Source: Sediminicola sp.
Lineage (GTDB): Bacteria; Bacteroidota; Bacteroidia; Flavobacteriales; Flavobacteriaceae
NCBI GenBank assembly: GCA_024643325.1
Contig: JAHEND010000002.1
Coordinates: 172,269-236,268, forward strand
Length of the DNA stretch: 64,000 nt
Reading direction: 5' to 3'
Positions within the stretch are counted from its first letter, which is position 1. Every line of letters starts with the position of its first letter. The notes beneath the pieces are model-generated. The model saw only the letters and a program-made list of their open reading frames with translations. It was not told the origin of the DNA and ran no database searches. A program made the position numbers and the translations under genes. Positions 10,082 through 19,883 of the stretch are shown here, piece after piece.

Positions 10082-12603
10082 TGAAACATTACTCCCTATT
10101 CCTACTAATATTTATTAGTACTACAATTGCTTGGTCTCAAGCCAACCCATCTTTAAATAAAACCATTACTATTTCAGGTAAAGTATTAGATAAAGATACC
10201 GGCGAACCATTAGAATACGCAACGCTTGTATTGCAATCTGTAGAAAATTCCAGTCAAGTAACCGGTGGAATCACAAATGAAAAGGGATTGTTCTCTGTGG
10301 AAGCGAAAGCTGGTAAATACAACATTAGTATAGAATATATTTCCTACAAAACCTACACACTTAACAACCAAACTTTAAATTCTGACACTAATTTAGGTAC
10401 TATTGCTATTGGATTAGATGTGTCGCAATTAGATGAAGTAGAATTAGTTGCAGAACGAACTACTGTTGAGCTTAGGTTAGACAAAAAAGTATACAACGTA
10501 GGACAAGACCTTACTGTTAAAGGAGGTTCGGTAACCGATGTTTTAGACAATGTACCCTCTGTATCTGTAGACGTAGAAGGAAACATTAGTTTAAGAGGAA
10601 ACAGTAGTGTAAGAATCCTGATCAATGGAAAGCCTTCAGCACTTTCTGGATTGAGTCCAGACGCCTTACAACAATTACCGGCAGACGCCATTCAAAAAGT
10701 AGAAGTGATTACAAATCCATCTGCTAGATATGACGCGGAAGGAACCGCTGGAATATTAAATATTGTACTTAAACAAAATAAAACAGTGGGTCTTAACGGG
10801 GCTTTAAATGCCACTGTAGGAACGCCAAAAAACAATGCGGGTACTTTAAATCTAAATTTAAGAAGGGATAAATTTAACCTTTTTACCACCACTACCTTTA
10901 GAAACAATGAAGGACCTGGGAATGGGTTTAACAATCAAGAGAACTTTGATCAGAATGGTCAAACCTTGAGTTTTCAGGATGAAAAAAGACTGTATAAAAG
11001 GAATAACAATAACTTTAACACCAACTTAGGGCTAGAGTTTTTCATTGATGAAAATACGAGTATTACCAATTCAATAGTCTTTCGAAATTCTACAGGAGGA
11101 ACTAGAACGGAGGTGGACTTTAACAATTATAATGCAGAACGCATCTTGAGTTTATCTAGAGAGCGAATTAGTCAAGAAAGTCAAACGGATGACAATTTTC
11201 AGTATTCCATGAATTTTCAAAAGAAATTTAAAAAAGACGGTCATCTCTTAACAGCAGATTATCAATATTCCACTGGTGACGAGGTAGAAGACACCGATAT
11301 TTCTGAAACCATTCTTCAGGACAACTCTTTTTTACCTTCAGAACAAACAATTACCACTGAAAATCAAAAAAACCAATTGTTTCAGATAGATTACGTACTG
11401 CCTTTTGGTAGTGAAAATCAATCACAATTTGAACTGGGATACAGAGGAACTTTCAATGAGTTTACGACTGCTTTTGACTTTAGTGTAGAAAACACTTCAG
11501 GTAATTTTATTTCAGATCCAAATTTTAGTAACACCTTATTCTACAAAGAATATGTTCAAGCTGCTTACACACAATTAGGCTCCAAATGGGACTCTTTTAG
11601 CTTACTCACTGGACTGAGAATGGAGCACTCCAATATAGATGTAAACCTTATAGAAACGAATGACCTTCAGAACAAAACCTATGTCAATTGGTTTCCATCG
11701 GTGTTTTTAGGCTATGAAACGGGTGAAAATACCCAACTTACTTTAAGTTTCAGCAGAAGACTTAGACGGCCAAGAAACAGGTTTATTAATCCTTTTGTAT
11801 CTAGATCTAGTAACACCAACCTCAGACAGGGAAATGCAGATCTAGACCCCACCTTTACCAATGCCTTTGATTTGGGATACATTACCAGGCTAGATAAACT
11901 CACCTTCACAACTTCCGGGTATTTTAATCATTCTACTGGTGTATTTCAATACATTAGACAAGAGACAGGAGATGTTGTGACTATTGAAAACCCAAATGAC
12001 TTATCTAATCCAGTAACGGTACCCATTATTCTTTCTAGACCTATTAATTTGGCTAATGAAAAAAGAGTGGGAATGGAATTTACCACTACCTATACTCCAA
12101 AGAGAAATTGGCGTTTCACTTGGAATGTCAATATGTTTCAAAGGGCCCTGAGAGGAGACTACTCTTATATAAATAGTAATGCTGCAACTATCATTCAAAA
12201 TTTTGACGCAGATAATTTTAGCTGGTTTACTAGATTGAGCGCTAAAGTGGTACTACCCTATGCCATTGACTTTCAATCAAACGCTTTTTACCAAGGTCCC
12301 TCAAGGGACGCACAAAGTCGTAGCAAAGGAATGTTAAGTGCAAATTTAGCCTTTAGCAAAGAAATTTTAAAAGACAAAGGGACCCTCTCTTTAAATGTGA
12401 GTGATCTTTTTAACTCCAGAAAAAGAATGAGTGAGATAAGAACGCCTAATGTATATTCTGACAGTGAATTCCAATGGAGAGAAAGACAAATAAATCTAAC
12501 CTTTGCCTATAGATTTAATCAAAAGAAAAATTTTAGCAGAGATCGCTCAAGAGGTGGTCAAGGAGATATGGGTGGTGATATGGAATTTCAAGGCACCCCT
12601 TAA
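10081..12603 (+). CDS. TonB-dependent receptor / outer-membrane beta-barrel
   Basis: Signal peptide, CarboxypepD_reg-like N-domain, plug motifs (VLDNVPSV, EVITNPSARYDAEG), beta-strand C-terminus LTFAYRF. Confidence 0.9.
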   Translation: MKHYSLFLLIFISTTIAWSQANPSLNKTITISGKVLDKDTGEPLEYATLVLQSVENSSQVTGGITNEKGLFSVEAKAGKYNISIEYISYKTYTLNNQTLNSDTNLGTIAIGLDVSQLDEVELVAERTTVELRLDKKVYNVGQDLTVKGGSVTDVLDNVPSVSVDVEGNISLRGNSSVRILINGKPSALSGLSPDALQQLPADAIQKVEVITNPSARYDAEGTAGILNIVLKQNKTVGLNGALNATVGTPKNNAGTLNLNLRRDKFNLFTTTTFRNNEGPGNGFNNQENFDQNGQTLSFQDEKRLYKRNNNNFNTNLGLEFFIDENTSITNSIVFRNSTGGTRTEVDFNNYNAERILSLSRERISQESQTDDNFQYSMNFQKKFKKDGHLLTADYQYSTGDEVEDTDISETILQDNSFLPSEQTITTENQKNQLFQIDYVLPFGSENQSQFELGYRGTFNEFTTAFDFSVENTSGNFISDPNFSNTLFYKEYVQAAYTQLGSKWDSFSLLTGLRMEHSNIDVNLIETNDLQNKTYVNWFPSVFLGYETGENTQLTLSFSRRLRRPRNRFINPFVSRSSNTNLRQGNADLDPTFTNAFDLGYITRLDKLTFTTSGYFNHSTGVFQYIRQETGDVVTIENPNDLSNPVTVPIILSRPINLANEKRVGMEFTTTYTPKRNWRFTWNVNMFQRALRGDYSYINSNAATIIQNFDADNFSWFTRLSAKVVLPYAIDFQSNAFYQGPSRDAQSRSKGMLSANLAFSKEILKDKGTLSLNVSDLFNSRKRMSEIRTPNVYSDSEFQWRERQINLTFAYRFNQKKNFSRDRSRGGQGDMGGDMEFQGTP

Positions 12604-12656
12604 AATTATTTTAATAGAGGAATTAATTTCCTTAGAATAATGATATATCGAAAACA

Positions 12657-12684
12657 AAAAAAGCACCTCTAGAGGTGCTTTTTT
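12657..12684. terminator. Bidirectional terminator (perfect 28-bp palindrome)
   Basis: AAAAAAGCACCTCTAGAGGTGCTTTTTT. Confidence 0.85.
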
Positions 12685-12703
12685 ATATATAGTAATAAGT
12701 CAG

Positions 12704-12874
12704 TTAATCTGTTTTTGCTTTTTTAGCATCACGCTTCTCTTTCAAAAATTCTAGAAGAGAACCGCCCAACCAATAAGGAATAACAAAAGTCAATAAAAAA
12801 ATCATCAACCAGAAACCAATGGTTAAAATGGTTAAAAAAGCGATAAATCCTAGATATTGGTCAAACTCAAACAT
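12704..12874 (-). CDS. Small membrane protein, 56 aa (below ORF-track cutoff)
   Basis: MFEFDQYLGFIAFLTILTIGFWLMIFLLTFVIPYWLGGSLLEFLKEKRDAKKAKTD; own TATCTTTG box at 12895-12902; terminator downstream. Confidence 0.8.
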   Translation of the reverse strand: MFEFDQYLGFIAFLTILTIGFWLMIFLLTFVIPYWLGGSLLEFLKEKRDAKKAKTD

Positions 12875-13021
12875 ATGATATAAATTTTACAATACAAAGA
12901 TAGGTTAGATTTTACAATTCTCACAAATCTGAACTAAAAAAAATGGCAAAAAAGAAGCAGGTAGTGTACCTTTGTAAGCAGAAAACAATTTTATTATTTA
13001 TCATACCAACAACCTAGTAAT

Positions 13022-14416
13022 ATGAGCTTTAGAATAGAGAAAGACACTATGGGAAACGTAGAGGTTCCCGCAGACAAATATTGGGGCGCACAAACCGAAC
13101 GCTCAAGAAATAATTTTAAAATTGGTGCAGCTGCATCTATGCCTTTAGATATTATATATGGCTTTGCTTATCTTAAAAAGGCAGCTGCATATGCAAATTG
13201 CGACTTAGGTGTCTTAAGTACTGAAAAAAGGGATCTTATAGCAGCTGTATGTGATGAAATTCTTGCTGGAAAGCACGACGATCAATTTCCATTGGTTATA
13301 TGGCAGACTGGATCTGGGACCCAAAGTAATATGAATGTTAATGAAGTGATTGCCAATAGAGCTCAAGAATTAGCTGGCAGTAAGATTGGTGAAGGTGAAA
13401 AAGTGATTCAACCCAATGATGACGTAAACAAATCCCAATCTTCTAATGACACCTTTCCTACAGGCATGCATATAGCTGCCTATAAGAAAATTGTTGAGGT
13501 TACTATTCCTGGAGTAGAAAAACTCAGAGATACTTTAGAAAAAAAATCAAAGGAGTTTAAAGATGTGGTTAAAATTGGACGTACCCATTTAATGGATGCC
13601 ACTCCCCTCACCCTTGGCCAAGAGTTTTCTGGCTATGTTTCACAACTAAATCACGGCCTAAAAGCCCTTAGAAATACTTTGCCTCATTTGTCGGAAATGG
13701 CCTTAGGGGGTACTGCTGTTGGAACAGGATTAAACACGCCTAAAGGCTACGATGTGTTAGTGGCTAAATACATGGCATCTTTCACTGGAATGCCATTCAT
13801 TACTGCAGAAAACAAATTTGAGGCATTAGCAGCACATGACGCGATCGTTGAAAGTCACGGTGCTTTAAAGCAATTGGCTGTTTCACTTAATAAGATAGCC
13901 AACGATATTCGCTTACTAGCTTCAGGCCCTAGATCTGGAATAGGAGAAATTATTATCCCTGCCAATGAACCTGGAAGTTCTATTATGCCCGGAAAAGTGA
14001 ACCCTACTCAAGCAGAAGCCCTAACAATGGTATGTGCTCAAGTGATGGGCAACGACGTTGCGATCACTATTGGAGGCACCCAAGGACATTATGAATTAAA
14101 TGTATTTAAGCCACTGATGGCTGCTAATATTTTAATGTCTGCCCAGTTATTGGGAGACGCCTGTGTGTCTTTTAACAACCACTGTGCTCAAGGAATTGAG
14201 CCAAACCACCCAGTCATTGAGAAAATGCTCCATAACTCACTAATGTTAGTGACTGCTTTAAATACTAAAATAGGCTACTATAAAGCTGCAGAGATCGCTA
14301 ATACAGCCCACCAAAATGGAACAACACTGAAAGAAGAAGCGGTTAATTTAGGGTATGTAACTCCTGAGGAATACGACCAATGGGTGAAACCTGAAGATAT
14401 GGTTGGCGGTTTATAA
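13022..14416 (+). CDS. fumC: Class II fumarate hydratase
   Basis: [28 protein letters not shown]; TACCTTTG box at 12967-12974. Confidence 0.97.
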   Translation: MSFRIEKDTMGNVEVPADKYWGAQTERSRNNFKIGAAASMPLDIIYGFAYLKKAAAYANCDLGVLSTEKRDLIAAVCDEILAGKHDDQFPLVIWQTGSGTQSNMNVNEVIANRAQELAGSKIGEGEKVIQPNDDVNKSQSSNDTFPTGMHIAAYKKIVEVTIPGVEKLRDTLEKKSKEFKDVVKIGRTHLMDATPLTLGQEFSGYVSQLNHGLKALRNTLPHLSEMALGGTAVGTGLNTPKGYDVLVAKYMASFTGMPFITAENKFEALAAHDAIVESHGALKQLAVSLNKIANDIRLLASGPRSGIGEIIIPANEPGSSIMPGKVNPTQAEALTMVCAQVMGNDVAITIGGTQGHYELNVFKPLMAANILMSAQLLGDACVSFNNHCAQGIEPNHPVIEKMLHNSLMLVTALNTKIGYYKAAEIANTAHQNGTTLKEEAVNLGYVTPEEYDQWVKPEDMVGGL

Positions 14417-14446
14417 GCACAAACTTCAAGTAAATCTTTTAATTAC

Positions 14447-14475
14447 AAAAAAGGCCCGCTAAAAGCGGGCCTTTT
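14447..14475. terminator. Bidirectional intrinsic terminator
   Basis: AAGGCCCGCT-AA-AAGCGGGCCTT hairpin flanked by A/T tracts. Confidence 0.9.
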
Positions 14476-14494
14476 ATATTTTATATAACTGAGC

Positions 14495-15376
14495 TTACTT
14501 TAATGTAAAAGTAGACGTTCCTAATAATTGTAATTTAGCATCGTAAACATTCACCATGTAATTTCCTTTGGCAAAATCACCTCCAGCACTTACATAATCA
14601 CATACGTCAATAGAAGCATTTTCATATAAGAACTCGGTAGATTTACTGTAACTTAATGTAGCGCCACCATCTACTGAAGTAGTTTGAGCATTTCCCATAA
14701 CATTTCCTTGAGGGTCTAATACTTCAATATAAAAGTTAGTATCTCCTGCTGGGGTTAAAACGTTTTTCGCTACGGTATAACAAACTTTAAAAGCATCTGC
14801 TCTTCTAGCTCTTCTAGTATCAGTGAATTTACCAGAATTTCTTTCTTTTACTGCTTGCACTGTAAAAGTTTCTAAAATCAAAGAAGAACCTCTTTCAACA
14901 GCGTCTGCCAGTTTAGTGTTCTGTGCTACCAAAGTTTGGTTTTCAGCAGTTTGAGCCTCTAATGCTTCAAAAGTTTTGTTTCTCTCTTCTGTTAATTTAG
15001 CATTGTTTGCCGTTAAAGTAGCTACTTGCTCTAATAAAGCGGTACGCTCTTTTCTAAGTCTATACACCTGATTTCTGTATTTTCTTAAACTTGCAATATC
15101 TGCATTCAAAACAGTTACTGAATCTATGAAAGCAGTAATCTCTGCCTTGGCAGCTGCTAATTCTTGATTTATAGCAGTGTTTTGAGAACTTACTTTTTCG
15201 TAATCAGATTTTAAGCTGTTTAGGTCTTCAATAACAATAGCTTTTTCTTCTGTAAGTGCTGCTTCTGTATTTTGTTTATCTACAAAAAGTGCAATTGAAA
15301 AAATTAAAGTAGCGGCAAATAATACCCCTAAGGCAATGGTAATTCTCTTTAAAGAGTTGTTTTCTTGATTTGACAT
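14495..15376 (-). CDS. Membrane-anchored coiled-coil protein with a C-terminal beta-rich domain
   Basis: Single N-terminal TM helix, long heptad-rich region, beta-rich C-terminus with two Cys. Confidence 0.75.
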   Translation of the reverse strand: MSNQENNSLKRITIALGVLFAATLIFSIALFVDKQNTEAALTEEKAIVIEDLNSLKSDYEKVSSQNTAINQELAAAKAEITAFIDSVTVLNADIASLRKYRNQVYRLRKERTALLEQVATLTANNAKLTEERNKTFEALEAQTAENQTLVAQNTKLADAVERGSSLILETFTVQAVKERNSGKFTDTRRARRADAFKVCYTVAKNVLTPAGDTNFYIEVLDPQGNVMGNAQTTSVDGGATLSYSKSTEFLYENASIDVCDYVSAGGDFAKGNYMVNVYDAKLQLLGTSTFTLK

Positions 15377-15490
15377 AATAAAGTTATAATTAAGTTTTAA
15401 AATTATATATACGGCAAAGCAGGTCGTTTGGATTTTATTTTTATATATTTTTATATAAAAATTGTTTGTTTTATTAAATACGTCCCACTC

Positions 15491-15958
15491 ATGTTAGCCT
15501 CCCTTGAAATTGTTCCTTTTGAAAAATATCACGCCATTGCTTTTAAAGCACTAAATATAAGGTGGTTAAAAGAATTTTTCAAGGTTGAGCCTATTGATGA
15601 AAAGGTGTTATCTAACGTGGATGAGTACATTCTTAAAAAGGGTGGATTTATTTTTATGGGACGTGTACAAGAAGAAATTGTGGGATGTTTTGCGATTATA
15701 CCTTTAAAAAATGGTGATTTTGAATTGAGTAAAATGGCTGTAGATCCAAAGTTTCAAGAAAAAAAAATAGGCGAGACACTTTTGACCTTTGCCATTGAAT
15801 TTTCAAAAAAACAAGCTTGGCCTAAAATCGTGCTTTACTCAAGCAGGAAATTAGAAAATGCCATACACCTCTACAAAAAAAAGGGTTTTGTAGAGATTCC
15901 TGTAGAAAAAGAAGTACATTATGAAAGATGTGACATAAAAATGGAATTAATATTCTAA
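15491..15958 (+). CDS. GNAT family N-acetyltransferase
   Basis: ELSKMAVDPKFQEKKIG motif A, AIHLYKKKGF; ATG 15491 preferred. Confidence 0.85.
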   Translation: MLASLEIVPFEKYHAIAFKALNIRWLKEFFKVEPIDEKVLSNVDEYILKKGGFIFMGRVQEEIVGCFAIIPLKNGDFELSKMAVDPKFQEKKIGETLLTFAIEFSKKQAWPKIVLYSSRKLENAIHLYKKKGFVEIPVEKEVHYERCDIKMELIF

Positions 15959-15969
15959 GATTAGATACT

Positions 15970-16725
15970 ATGAAAAATATCCTGCTTACCAGAAAATTAG
16001 TTGTTCTGATATCATTTGGATTTATTTGCCTTTGGAACAATATCGCAAACGCTCAAGAGGTTGAGGTTATTCCAATAGAGCATGCCTCCACCCTATTACT
16101 CCATGGTAACACTACTATTTATGTAGATCCAGTAGGGGAAGCAGAATGGTATACCAATTATCCTACACCAGACCTGGTGCTCATAACAGATATACATTGG
16201 GACCATTTTAATCCAAAAACATTGGGGGCTTTTATTCAAGAGAGTACTAAAATAATTGCTCCCCAAGCCGTAGCAGATAAAATGACGCCCGCATTATTGG
16301 CTAAAACTAGCATATTGGCCAATGGTGCTGTAATGAATAGCAACGGAATGAGCATTGAAGCCATTCCTATGTATAACTTAAGAGAAGAAGCCATTGACTT
16401 TCACACCAAAGGAAGGGGAAATGGCTATGTCATTACTATAGATCAAAAAAGGATCTATTTCTCTGGCGATACTGAAGATATTGAAGAAATGAGAAATCTA
16501 AAAAATATAGACATGGCTTTTGTGTGTATGAACTTACCATACACCATGACAGAAGCCTCAGCGGCAGACGCAGTGATCGCTTTTGCTCCAAAAAAGGTCT
16601 ATCCTTATCATTATCGTGGAAAACCAAATGTTAGTGATGTTGCGCGTTTTAAGAATCTTATTAAAAAAAGCAATGCAGAGATTGAAGTTATTCAATTAGA
16701 TTGGTACCCTAGAGATCAGTTTTAA
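15970..16725 (+). CDS. Exported MBL-fold metallo-hydrolase
   Basis: Signal peptide ANA-Q; TDIHWDH, SGDT, PYHY motifs. Confidence 0.85.
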   Translation: MKNILLTRKLVVLISFGFICLWNNIANAQEVEVIPIEHASTLLLHGNTTIYVDPVGEAEWYTNYPTPDLVLITDIHWDHFNPKTLGAFIQESTKIIAPQAVADKMTPALLAKTSILANGAVMNSNGMSIEAIPMYNLREEAIDFHTKGRGNGYVITIDQKRIYFSGDTEDIEEMRNLKNIDMAFVCMNLPYTMTEASAADAVIAFAPKKVYPYHYRGKPNVSDVARFKNLIKKSNAEIEVIQLDWYPRDQF

Positions 16726-16786
16726 TTTACGGATAAAATGAGTGGTATACTTTGTGGAGGCACCGTCATTTAAACCATCTTCAAAT

Positions 16787-16817
16787 AAAAAGCCCCTAGT
16801 TAGTCTAGGGGCTTTTT
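16787..16817. terminator. Bidirectional intrinsic terminator
   Basis: AAAAAGCCCCTAG-TTAGT-CTAGGGGCTTTTT. Confidence 0.9.
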
Positions 16818-16836
16818 AAATATTTGCAAATCAATA

Positions 16837-18528
16837 TTATCTGATCAATTTTTTATACTTAATACGCTTAGGCATAAGATCACCTCCAAGGCGTTTTTTC
16901 TTATTTTCTTCATAATCAGAGAAAGAACCTTCAAAGAAATACACCTGAGAGTCCCCTTCAAAAGCAAGAATATGAGTGCAAATTCTATCTAAGAACCAAC
17001 GGTCGTGAGAAATCACTACCGCACATCCTGCAAAATTCTCAAGACCTTCTTCCAAAGCCCTTAAGGTGTTCACATCTAAATCATTGGTAGGTTCGTCTAA
17101 AAGCAATACGTTACCCTCTTCTTTTAAGGTCATGGCCAGGTGCAAACGGTTGCGTTCACCACCAGATAACATATTTACTTTTTTATTTTGTTCAGATCCT
17201 GAAAAATTAAATCTACTTAAATAAGCCCTAGAATTCACTTGCTTATCTCCCATCATGATGAGTTCTTGACCGTCTGAAAAATTTTCCCAGATGCTCTTGT
17301 CTGGATCTATATTACTGTGACTTTGATCTACATAGGCAATCTTAGCAGTATCACCAACTTTAAAAGATCCCTTATCTGGAGTTTCCTCTCCCATGATCAT
17401 TCTAAAAATAGTTGTTTTTCCTGCTCCGTTTGGACCAATAATACCGACAATACCTGCCTGTGGTAAATTAAAATTTAAGGATTCATAAAGAAGTTTGTCA
17501 TCATAACCCTTAGAGATGTCTGTAGCTTCAAGAACATTCGTGCCAAGTCTAGGACCATTAGGAATAAATATCTCCAATTTTTCATCTAATTGCTTCTGGT
17601 CTTGACTCAATAATTTATCGTAATTATTTAACCTAGCCTTTTGCTTGGTTTGCCTTCCCTTTGCGCCTTGTTTTACCCACTCTAACTCACGTTCTAGTGT
17701 TTTTTGACGCTTGGAAGCTGTTTTGCTTTCTTGGGCCATTCGCTTAGATTTCTGATCTAACCAGCTAGAATAATTACCCTTCCAAGGAATACCTTCTCCC
17801 CTGTCCAACTCAAGAATCCATCCGGCTACATTATCTAAAAAATACCTATCGTGTGTTACTGCAATTACTGTGCCTTTATAAGTGGCCAGATGGTGCTCTA
17901 ACCAATGAACAGATTCTGCGTCTAAGTGGTTGGTTGGTTCATCTAACAATAAAATCTCTGGCTCTTGAAGTAACAACCTACAAAGCGCCACACGTCGTTT
18001 TTCTCCACCAGATAACACCCCAATTTTCTTTTCAGAATCTGGGGTCCTTAAAGCGTCCATCGCAATATTTAATTTGGTGTCTAATTCCCAAGCATTGGAA
18101 GCGTCTATTTGATCTTGTAAAACAGCCTGCTTATCCATGAGTTTCTGCATTTTATCTGCATCTTCATAGACTTCAGGAAGCCCGAACATATCGTTAATTT
18201 TATTGTATTCATCTAGTAGTGCTACGGTCTCTGCAACGCCTTCTTTAACCACTTCTAAAACTGTTTTTTCTGGATCTAATTGAGGTTCTTGTTCTAAATA
18301 ACCCACTTTGTATCCTGGAGAGAAAACTACATCTCCTTGAAAGTTTTTATCTACCCCTGCTATGATTTTTAACAGGGTAGATTTACCAGAGCCATTGAGT
18401 CCTAAAATTCCAATCTTAGCCCCATAAAAAAAACTCAGGTATATATTTTTTAAAACGGGTGTATTGGCTGTTTTATAAGTTTTAGTCACTCCTGACATTG
18501 AAAAAATGACTTTCTTATCGTCTGACAT
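16837..18528 (-). CDS. ettA: Energy-dependent translational throttle protein EttA (ABC-F)
   Basis: LSFFYGAKIG, two ABC domains, ELEWVKQGAKGRQTKQKAR PtIM linker. Confidence 0.93.
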   Translation of the reverse strand: MSDDKKVIFSMSGVTKTYKTANTPVLKNIYLSFFYGAKIGILGLNGSGKSTLLKIIAGVDKNFQGDVVFSPGYKVGYLEQEPQLDPEKTVLEVVKEGVAETVALLDEYNKINDMFGLPEVYEDADKMQKLMDKQAVLQDQIDASNAWELDTKLNIAMDALRTPDSEKKIGVLSGGEKRRVALCRLLLQEPEILLLDEPTNHLDAESVHWLEHHLATYKGTVIAVTHDRYFLDNVAGWILELDRGEGIPWKGNYSSWLDQKSKRMAQESKTASKRQKTLERELEWVKQGAKGRQTKQKARLNNYDKLLSQDQKQLDEKLEIFIPNGPRLGTNVLEATDISKGYDDKLLYESLNFNLPQAGIVGIIGPNGAGKTTIFRMIMGEETPDKGSFKVGDTAKIAYVDQSHSNIDPDKSIWENFSDGQELIMMGDKQVNSRAYLSRFNFSGSEQNKKVNMLSGGERNRLHLAMTLKEEGNVLLLDEPTNDLDVNTLRALEEGLENFAGCAVVISHDRWFLDRICTHILAFEGDSQVYFFEGSFSDYEENKKKRLGGDLMPKRIKYKKLIR

Positions 18529-18545
18529 ATTGTGCAGTAATTTTG

Positions 18546-18722
18546 TTAAACCCTTCCTTTTAAAGCATTAAATACCCAAGCATTGGCAAAAAAACCAATA
18601 CCCACTGCGGCAAATCCCCATCCTGCAACATCGTCATATCTAAAAGCGCCAAGGGCTATGAGTAAAACACCCATAAAACACATAATAAATGTAGCCCAGG
18701 CTAAAACGGTATTCTTATTCAT
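18546..18722 (-). CDS. Small two-TM membrane protein, 58 aa (resembles flavobacterial CAL67264 family; missed by ORF track)
   Basis: MNKNTVLAWATFIMCFMGVLLIALGAFRYDDVAGWGFAAVGIGFFANAWVFNALKGRV; ends 17 bp before ettA. Confidence 0.8.
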   Translation of the reverse strand: MNKNTVLAWATFIMCFMGVLLIALGAFRYDDVAGWGFAAVGIGFFANAWVFNALKGRV

Positions 18723-18816
18723 AATTATAGTTCTAATTAGTAAACCACAAATATCGTAAAAATTGGCTTTATGTTACGTTATTGTTAAGAAGAACACGAC
18801 TAAATAGCCTAATTTA

Positions 18817-19779
18817 TTAATTTTTGGCAGCTAATTGAACCGCATCTAGTAATTCAGAGAGGTTTAAGCTATCTTGATGGGTCCATTTTGGATGTTCCAT
18901 CCAATCCTGTAATAATGCCTCGTGTACTGCTTTAATTTCATAGCTATATCCCCTTCCTAGTGTTGGCAGAGAAACTCTTTCAATGTCATTATCATTCTCT
19001 TTTTCTACTTTAAAGCCTTGGCATTCATGCCATCTTGAATCAATAGTAATCAGCCCCTCACGACCGCTAATTTGCGCCACCATAGAAGATTTAGAAGTAA
19101 AACCGCTATACAATACCGCTTTGGCTTTTTTGTAGTTGAAAATCATCGCTGTTTGTAACTCTGTACCGGTCTCGTTATAATTAGATGTAGCCATAATACT
19201 TTCAGGCATACCCAAAAGCAAATAGCTCAGAAAAATAGGGTAAATACCTATATCTAGAAGAGACCCTCCACCAAGGATTGGGTTTAAGACCCTACTTTGA
19301 GGGTCTCTGTCCATAGCGTAAAAACCAAAATCAGCTTGAAGATATTGAATTGAACCAATTTCATTGGTGTTAACTCTATTTAAAACAGCTTCTATACTAG
19401 GATTAAATCTGGTCCAAAGGGCCTCCATAAAAAACACCCCTGAGGATTTAGCTTGGGAAATCATTTCCTTGACTTCTCTAGAATCTAAACCTAATGGTTT
19501 CTCACAAAGCACATGCTTTCCCGCTTTCATGGCTTTTATAGCCCACTCTCTGTGGCTGCTGTGTGGTGTAGCAATATACACGACAGACACCAAAGGATCT
19601 TTTAATAATTCCTCATAGGAGCCAAAAGCTTTCTCTGCGAAATATTCCCTTGCAAAACTATTGGCTTTCTCCAATGATCTTGAGGCAACTCCATATAACT
19701 TGGCCTCTGGCACCAAAGCCAAATCCTTCACAAAATGGTTTGCAATACTTCCCAATCCAATAATTCCCCAATACGTCAT
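18817..19779 (-). CDS. Gfo/Idh/MocA family oxidoreductase
   Basis: WGIIGLGSIA, CEKP, MEALWTRF, GGSLLDIGIYP. Confidence 0.9.
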   Translation of the reverse strand: MTYWGIIGLGSIANHFVKDLALVPEAKLYGVASRSLEKANSFAREYFAEKAFGSYEELLKDPLVSVVYIATPHSSHREWAIKAMKAGKHVLCEKPLGLDSREVKEMISQAKSSGVFFMEALWTRFNPSIEAVLNRVNTNEIGSIQYLQADFGFYAMDRDPQSRVLNPILGGGSLLDIGIYPIFLSYLLLGMPESIMATSNYNETGTELQTAMIFNYKKAKAVLYSGFTSKSSMVAQISGREGLITIDSRWHECQGFKVEKENDNDIERVSLPTLGRGYSYEIKAVHEALLQDWMEHPKWTHQDSLNLSELLDAVQLAAKN

Positions 19780-19883
19780 TTTCTTATAAAATTTGATTAG
19801 AATATAGATTCTTCTACAAAGTTAATCAATATTACAACGTATATTTATGGTTGAATTTGCTAATAAAAAGACTTTTTAGCCCT

